From the UHGV virus genome UHGV-1522688: a DNA stretch of 49,863 bases; one strand, 5' to 3'. The DNA comes from a virus. The notes under the pieces are model-generated. The model saw only the letters and a program-made list of their open reading frames with translations, ran no database searches and was not told the origin of the DNA. Below, one piece after another: positions 44,164 through 49,863 of the stretch. Numbering within the stretch: the stretch's first letter is position 1; each line of letters begins with the position of its first letter. Both the position numbers and the translations under genes were made by a program.

Positions 44164-47094
44164 ATGGAATTTCCATATGTAGTTAAAGCCACACAAAAGT
44201 CGGGAAAGCCTGATGCTTTTGTCTGGTTCACTGCAAAAACTGAGGCTCGCGCCAACCTGATGCTGGACGTTGCTCTGGAAGACGCTGGCATCGAAACCGG
44301 CCGTGGTAAGGACTACGCCAAGCCTATCCGCACTGACTTCCCAGTTGTTGATGACCTTCCGGAAGAAGGTGAAGTTGATTTCACCTGGTGTGATCGTTAC
44401 GAACTGCAGGACGACGGGCGCATCTGGCTGCCAAAGGCCGCTGGCGACGTTGTCACCACTATCCCTGCCGATGTAAAAAATACCGATGAAGTAGCGACAT
44501 CTGACGAGAATGTATCGTTAGAAAACCGCACTCCAGCAGTCCGTTTTGCCTTCCATCTGATGAGCGATAAATACCAGACTCACGTCACTAAAGAGCAGCA
44601 GCTGGCTGCCAGCGAAATGTCACTGGACGAAAGCAATACCTATCTCCAGAACTTGCTGCAGGTTAAAAATGATGTTCCTGAAATTGGCGAACTCAGTCTG
44701 AATGCTGAGTGGAAAATGATTCAGGCGATTAAAGACATCTTCGAACAGGGTGAAGAGCATGAACCTGAAGTGATCGCTGCTTTCATGTCTGACTGGGTGA
44801 ACGCAGAAGCAGGTGATCGCAATCAACTGGTTGAAGACTGGCGCAGTGGAAAGTTTCCTCTGCTCAAAACTGAAACCACCAGCGTTGGTGATGAAGTCGG
44901 TCCCGAAGAACAATCTCAGCAGCCAGAGCAGCCGAACCTGATCGTCGTAGCCACCCTGCCATTCCGTCAGCGCGTACTGGCTCAGTTCATCGGTAATGGT
45001 GAATATCTCTATCACGTCGATGCCGCGCAGAAAAAAGAGATTGTCCGCCTTGAGATGGACACTGATGACACGTACATCCAGAACCTGCTGCTGGCTGCTG
45101 AGAATGTGGAGGCATTCAAAAAAGCCATTGAGCACGATATTCATAAAGTCGTGAATGCCGTTAAGAAAGTCTTCCCTGTCGACGGTAAGAAACCGGAGCT
45201 GGCAACAGTTATCCAGTTCCTGACGGTGTGGTTCAAAACTGAATACATCGATCGCGGCCTGCTGGTCAAGGAATGGCAGAAAGGCAATCGTGTAACAACC
45301 ATTAATCGCACACCTTCAGGTGCGAACGCCGGCGGCGGCATTGTCTCTGACCGAAAATTCCCGCAAACCATTCTCGGTCTGGAGCATGAGATTGCTCTGG
45401 CGTTACGTGCCCGTGACCGCGAATTTGATATTTACAACGTCCCTCTGGATATAGAACTACAGGCAAACTCCATCATGAATAAGATGGACGATCCCGAATG
45501 GCTGGCGACTCGAGAGAGATTCGTTTCAATTCCTGGTGGCCTGGACTACTCACGTGCCTGCATCATCGCAACAGTAAAAACCACACCAGAGGGGCTTTAT
45601 GCTGATCCTGTAAAACACCAAGAATATTTGAATAGAGTACTTACGGAAACCGACCACGCCAACCCAGATCCATTGCTCGTTGATATAGCCTGCGGTCGTT
45701 CGTCTATGCCTGTACCTATGAAACAGGAAAAAGTAACGGCCGAAGAGGTAAACAAAATTCTTGCAGCTTCCCGCGGAGAATATGTCGAGGGGATTAGTGA
45801 CCCTACAGACCCGAAATGGATCACAGAAGACCTCGCATTAACCGCCCAACAAATAGATGACCGTTCACCACTTAATAAGGAAACCACCAGCAATGTGCAG
45901 ATGGAAGAAACTGTCAGTGATGAAGAGCAGTCAGGCGAAAGCAGTCTGGAAACTGGTGAAGAGTCACATACCGGCCAGCAAGCCGATGTAAACCAGAATG
46001 CGGATTCTGTCGCCCAAAATAGCGATTTTGTAAACCAAACCGAACCGGTTGCGGCACAAATCAAGCCAGAATCTCATTCTGACGAACCGGCTGTTGTGTA
46101 CCCTGCTTACTTTGAGCCAGGCCGCTATGAAGGATTGTCGAACGAGGTTTATCACGCAGCGAACGGTATCAGCTCAACCCAGGTGAAAGACGCACGTGTC
46201 AGCCTGATGTTCTATCACGGCCGTCACGTGACCAAGACTATCCGTCGCGAAAGCAGCGAGGCGCTGACGTTAGGTAGCCTGGCGCACACCCTGGCCCTGG
46301 AGCCCGAAAAGCTCCACGAAGAGTTTGCGGTATTCCCAGGTATTCCGGCTGAGGCGTTTACCACCACCGACTCCATGAAGGCGTTCATTCGAGAATTTAA
46401 CGCGGATAAGCCAAAGGCCGAGCAACTGAAGCTCACCGGTAAGAAAGAAGAACTTCAGGCGGCGATACGCGCGGTCAGCCCGGAGGCCATTTTCGCTGAT
46501 GAATTTGAGCAGCAATGGCGTGATAGCGTTGATGGGAAAACCATCCTGTCCAGAGAACAACTGACGCTGGCCACGGCAATTCAGCAAGCCCTACTGAATC
46601 ATGAATCAGCCGGGAAACTGCTGCGCCATCCTTCCCGTTCAGTGGAAACCAGTTATTTCGGGATGGACGACGAAACCGGTCTGGAAGTCCGTGTGCGCCC
46701 TGACCTTGAGGTTGAAATCAACGGCGTTCGTATCGGTGTTGACCTGAAGACGATCAGCATGGGACGCGTTAAGCAAGACGGTTTGCGCGCCAAACTGCAC
46801 CGGGAAATCATCGACCGCGACTACCACCTCAGCGCTGGCATGTATTGCTCCGTTGCCGACTTTGATCAGTTCTTCTGGATCTTCGTCAACAAAGACGAGG
46901 GCTACCACTGGGTGGCGGTAATTGAGGCATCGGAAGATTTGCTCGACCTCGGGCTGCTGGAGTATCAGCGCACCATGCGTGCACTCGCAAATGCGTATGA
47001 CACCGATTGCTGGTCTGCACCGATAACCGAAGACTACACCGACGAACTGAACGACTTCGACCTGCGCTGCCTTGAAGCGCTGCGTCTGGCTTAA
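44164..47094 (+). CDS. RecE-like exonuclease (exodeoxyribonuclease VIII family)
   Basis: 976 aa; acidic linker; C-terminal region with '(D/E)xK'-type 'GVDLKTISMGRVK'; followed by annealing-protein gene. Confidence 0.6.
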   Translation: MEFPYVVKATQKSGKPDAFVWFTAKTEARANLMLDVALEDAGIETGRGKDYAKPIRTDFPVVDDLPEEGEVDFTWCDRYELQDDGRIWLPKAAGDVVTTIPADVKNTDEVATSDENVSLENRTPAVRFAFHLMSDKYQTHVTKEQQLAASEMSLDESNTYLQNLLQVKNDVPEIGELSLNAEWKMIQAIKDIFEQGEEHEPEVIAAFMSDWVNAEAGDRNQLVEDWRSGKFPLLKTETTSVGDEVGPEEQSQQPEQPNLIVVATLPFRQRVLAQFIGNGEYLYHVDAAQKKEIVRLEMDTDDTYIQNLLLAAENVEAFKKAIEHDIHKVVNAVKKVFPVDGKKPELATVIQFLTVWFKTEYIDRGLLVKEWQKGNRVTTINRTPSGANAGGGIVSDRKFPQTILGLEHEIALALRARDREFDIYNVPLDIELQANSIMNKMDDPEWLATRERFVSIPGGLDYSRACIIATVKTTPEGLYADPVKHQEYLNRVLTETDHANPDPLLVDIACGRSSMPVPMKQEKVTAEEVNKILAASRGEYVEGISDPTDPKWITEDLALTAQQIDDRSPLNKETTSNVQMEETVSDEEQSGESSLETGEESHTGQQADVNQNADSVAQNSDFVNQTEPVAAQIKPESHSDEPAVVYPAYFEPGRYEGLSNEVYHAANGISSTQVKDARVSLMFYHGRHVTKTIRRESSEALTLGSLAHTLALEPEKLHEEFAVFPGIPAEAFTTTDSMKAFIREFNADKPKAEQLKLTGKKEELQAAIRAVSPEAIFADEFEQQWRDSVDGKTILSREQLTLATAIQQALLNHESAGKLLRHPSRSVETSYFGMDDETGLEVRVRPDLEVEINGVRIGVDLKTISMGRVKQDGLRAKLHREIIDRDYHLSAGMYCSVADFDQFFWIFVNKDEGYHWVAVIEASEDLLDLGLLEYQRTMRALANAYDTDCWSAPITEDYTDELNDFDLRCLEALRLA

Positions 47095-47108
47095 TGGAGG
47101 ATTTGACC

Positions 47109-48149
47109 ATGCAAAATACCAACATCATTACGACCGAGCAGGCACCAAACACCATTTCCGCCAGCAACGCTGTGTTCAACGTGCAGGCACTCGGCCAGCT
47201 TACCTCTTTTGCTGAATTGATGGCGCAGTCTGTCGTCACCGTCCCCAAACACCTTGCGGGGAAACCCGCCGACTGTATGGCTATCGTCATGCAGGCTATG
47301 CAGTGGGGAATGAACCCATATGCAGTTGCCCAGAAAACACACCTGGTCAACGGTGTGCTGGGTTACGAAGCGCAGCTGGTTAACGCAGTGATCTCCAGTT
47401 CCAGCGCCATTATTGGCCGCTTCCATTACGAGTACGGCGGTGACTGGGAGAAGATCGCCGGGAAAAAAGACGGTCGTGATGAATTAGGTCTGTTTATCCG
47501 GGTTGGCGCCGTACTGCGCGGAGAAGAAGAAATTACCTGGGGCGAGCCAATCTACCTGGCAGATATCACCATACGTAACTCGCCACTGTGGAAAACAGCG
47601 CCGAAGCAGCAGATCGCTTATCTGGCAGTGAAGTACTGGGCTCGCCTGTACTGCCCAGAAGTCATCCTCGGCGTCTACAGTCCAGATGAAGTTGAGCCAC
47701 GCACTGAGAAAGAGATTAACCCGGCGCCGCAACGCGTTAGCCTGGCCGATATTTCAGGTGACACCGTCACAACCACGCAAAGCGCACAGGAATCGTCGGT
47801 AAATATCGACTCTCTTGCCGATGATTTCCGCGAACGAATCGATGCCGCTCAGGATGTTGATAGTGCAAAAGCACTGCGCGCTGATATCGAAAGCGCGAAG
47901 GCCACACTCGGATCAGCCCTGTTCACCGAGCTGAAGAATAAGGCAGTGAAACGCTATTACCTGGTTGATTCACGTAACAAGGTTGAGGCCGCGATCAACT
48001 CCCTGCCGTCTCCGGACGAACCGGATGCAGCTGAACGGTTTGGGGAAGTTGAGCGAGTTCTTGCAACTGCGAAACGTCATCTGGGCGACGAGCTGCACGA
48101 TCAGTTCAGCATCACCCTGGCGGATATGAAACCGGAATACGTTGGCTAA
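47109..48149 (+). CDS. RecT/Redbeta-superfamily single-strand annealing protein
   Basis: ATG with GGAGG SD just after recE-like stop; 'SPLWKTAPKQQIAYLAVKYWARLYCPEV' resembles RecT core. Confidence 0.55.
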   Translation: MQNTNIITTEQAPNTISASNAVFNVQALGQLTSFAELMAQSVVTVPKHLAGKPADCMAIVMQAMQWGMNPYAVAQKTHLVNGVLGYEAQLVNAVISSSSAIIGRFHYEYGGDWEKIAGKKDGRDELGLFIRVGAVLRGEEEITWGEPIYLADITIRNSPLWKTAPKQQIAYLAVKYWARLYCPEVILGVYSPDEVEPRTEKEINPAPQRVSLADISGDTVTTTQSAQESSVNIDSLADDFRERIDAAQDVDSAKALRADIESAKATLGSALFTELKNKAVKRYYLVDSRNKVEAAINSLPSPDEPDAAERFGEVERVLATAKRHLGDELHDQFSITLADMKPEYVG

Positions 48150-48188
48150 CTGGGTTGGGAGGGTTCGCCCTCCCACTGAGGAGATGTA

Positions 48189-48431
48189 ATGCGACTAATT
48201 AACCGTGCAAATCAGCAATCCCCGTTAGCGCGTCAGGCATGCGACATAGCACTGGCCACTCATGCAGAACGTTACGGCGACTATGGCCGCAGCAAGATGA
48301 AGGAAACGTACACGGTGAGAGTTGAAGGTGTGAAGGTCTGGGTGGAAGTGGTGAACCGTAAGGCTAGCTACGTGGCCACAGCAATGACAGGTATGCGTCG
48401 TTTGCGCGCGCTGCCGGGTCAGGTTTCTTGA
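48189..48431 (+). CDS. hypothetical small protein
   Basis: 80-aa ORF between recT-like and xis. Confidence 0.4.
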   Translation: MRLINRANQQSPLARQACDIALATHAERYGDYGRSKMKETYTVRVEGVKVWVEVVNRKASYVATAMTGMRRLRALPGQVS

Positions 48432-48476
48432 TATTACTTTTGGAAATGGCCCAGTTCGGGCCATTGGAGAAAAACG

Positions 48477-48677
48477 ATGGATGATATTTTGCTGACGTCA
48501 GACCTGACCAGTCGATACAAAATCTCACGTAAAACCCTTTGGTCATGGCAAAGCACAGACACGATGCCGCGGGGTTTTGCGAAGCCGTTCCCCGCCCCGG
48601 ACTTCCCCGGTAACCCTAACCGCTGGAAGTCGGAGTCAGTCAAAGAGTGGGAAGGTGTGAAACAGCCAATTAACTGA
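48477..48677 (+). CDS. xis: excisionase (AlpA/Xis-family HTH)
   Basis: 66 aa; '[12 protein letters not shown]' HTH typical of AlpA-type; adjacent to integrase. Confidence 0.7.
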   Translation: MDDILLTSDLTSRYKISRKTLWSWQSTDTMPRGFAKPFPAPDFPGNPNRWKSESVKEWEGVKQPIN

Positions 48678-49863
48678 ACGGCTCACCGATGATGTTTTCA
48701 AGATGGCTCTGCCAAACGTGGAGCCAGTGTTTTTGATCATCGATGTAGTCATGCAGGTTATAGTGCGCCATCACGCCAACCATTTGGTGACCAAGTAACT
48801 TTTCAATCACATGCGGCGGACAGCCAAGTTCTGAAAGATTTGTTGCGATTGTTCTTCTCATATCATGGAGAGACCAGGGCTCCATGCCGGATTCTGACCA
48901 AATATACCTGGCGTAGTTCGAAGCAACTGGCGGATGAACCGGGACGTCTTTAATTTCCCCATCCAATAAGCGCTGTGAAGTGACTAAATGCTTTGTGTTG
49001 ATCTTCTCAAGATGATTTTTTACCAGTCCCACCGCAGCATCAGAAAGAGCCCTTCTCATGTGCACTCGCGTTTTGTAACTTCCAGCAGGAACTATCCATT
49101 CATTTTCATCCAGCTTGAACCATGACCTTTCGCTTAACCGAATCTCTGCCGTCCTACAGCCGGTCAACATAATAAATTTCACAAGAAACACGGACTCTAT
49201 GGACATGCGGTTTTGCAGCCACCGATAAATAGCCACCAGCTCACGATCATCCAAGCGCCGCGTTCTCTTTTTCGGTTTTTGGCCAACGTCAGTGGGTAGC
49301 AATCCCTCGAGCGGATTGGTCGATATTACGCCTCGGTTAATACAGAACCTGAATGAGCGTTTGCACAGCGAAAGCATATAATGAGCCATCACCCTGCTTT
49401 CAATCTGATCAAAAACATCTATCCAGTGCCTTTTTGTCGAATTGTCGACTTTGACGTTTCGCATCGGTTCGGCGATATGCTTGGCAAATACCAACTGATA
49501 ATAACCTGTCTTTGTCAGTTGATTAGCGATGCAGTGTTTCTCGATCCAATAATTGAATGCTTCCGATACGGCCATGGAACCTTCGCGGGTCAATTTCTCC
49601 AGCTTTACTTGCTCTCGGGGATCGAGTCCTTCAGTAAGCCAGATTCTGAATTGCTGACGCCTTTCCCTTGCCTGAGCAATACTCATTGCTGGATAATCGC
49701 CGACATTGAGTTTTACAGCTTTGCCTGCCCATCTGTACCGGTAGAAGAAAGAGACCTTTCCGGCCAGACTGATTCTTGCGTTGAGTCCGTGAGAATCTGA
49801 AATAATTTCGATATCATCGCGTTTCTTGCCAAGGGCCTTCCTGAGCTTTGTGTCAGTGATCAT
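48670..49863 (-). CDS. int: tyrosine integrase (start at or beyond window edge)
   Basis: 397 aa; catalytic-domain motifs '[11 protein letters not shown]', 'LHDMRRT', 'MAHYNLH'; N-terminus 'TDTKLRKA' typical of P4-like integrases. Confidence 0.9.
   Translation of the reverse strand: MITDTKLRKALGKKRDDIEIISDSHGLNARISLAGKVSFFYRYRWAGKAVKLNVGDYPAMSIAQARERRQQFRIWLTEGLDPREQVKLEKLTREGSMAVSEAFNYWIEKHCIANQLTKTGYYQLVFAKHIAEPMRNVKVDNSTKRHWIDVFDQIESRVMAHYMLSLCKRSFRFCINRGVISTNPLEGLLPTDVGQKPKKRTRRLDDRELVAIYRWLQNRMSIESVFLVKFIMLTGCRTAEIRLSERSWFKLDENEWIVPAGSYKTRVHMRRALSDAAVGLVKNHLEKINTKHLVTSQRLLDGEIKDVPVHPPVASNYARYIWSESGMEPWSLHDMRRTIATNLSELGCPPHVIEKLLGHQMVGVMAHYNLHDYIDDQKHWLHVWQSHLENIIGEPFS

Larger units (their letters stand above)
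3331..49863 (-). mobile_element. lambdoid prophage (continues beyond right edge of window); left boundary approximate
   Basis: Complete collinear set of lambda-like tail, head, packaging, lysis, Q, nin, replication, immunity, recombination, xis and int genes. Confidence 0.85.

Noticed and set aside
44620-47426. Minus-strand ORFs (174, 155, 154, 111 aa and others) inside the recE-like and recT-like genes
   Set aside because: Antisense to long well-supported plus-strand genes

Overview
Enterobacterial chromosome segment carrying a near-complete lambdoid (lambda-like siphovirus) prophage. From the left: host yedK (152-823); a visibly A+T-rich two-gene islet (1054-3132); a 3' remnant of tRNA-Pro with a terminator (3241-3330); then the prophage on the minus strand in lambda gene order. 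That order runs: SOS-linked accessory genes (UmuD'-like, DinI-like), side tail fiber, J, I, K, L, M, an inserted A+T-rich moron, H, G/GT, V, head-tail joining genes, capsid, scaffold, head morphogenesis, portal, terminase, accessory genes, lysis cassette (Rz/Rz1, SAR-endolysin, pinholin), Q, HNH, NinG region, a second DinI, a second A+T-rich two-gene cassette, DnaC-like and O-like replication genes with ori iterons, immunity region (YdaT-like, Cro/YdaS-like, divergent repressor), RecE/RecT-like module, excisionase and integrase at the window end. The best candidate for an undescribed system is the moron between tail genes M and H (13370-15532): a membrane-anchored coiled-coil protein with a C-terminal T5orf172/GIY-YIG-like domain, plus a convergent lipoprotein. 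Other candidates are the pre-truncated UmuD'-like gene and two LexA-box-controlled dinI paralogs, and the two A+T-rich two-gene cassettes. All calls rest on reading the translations and sequence by eye; no database search was run, and family names are from memory.
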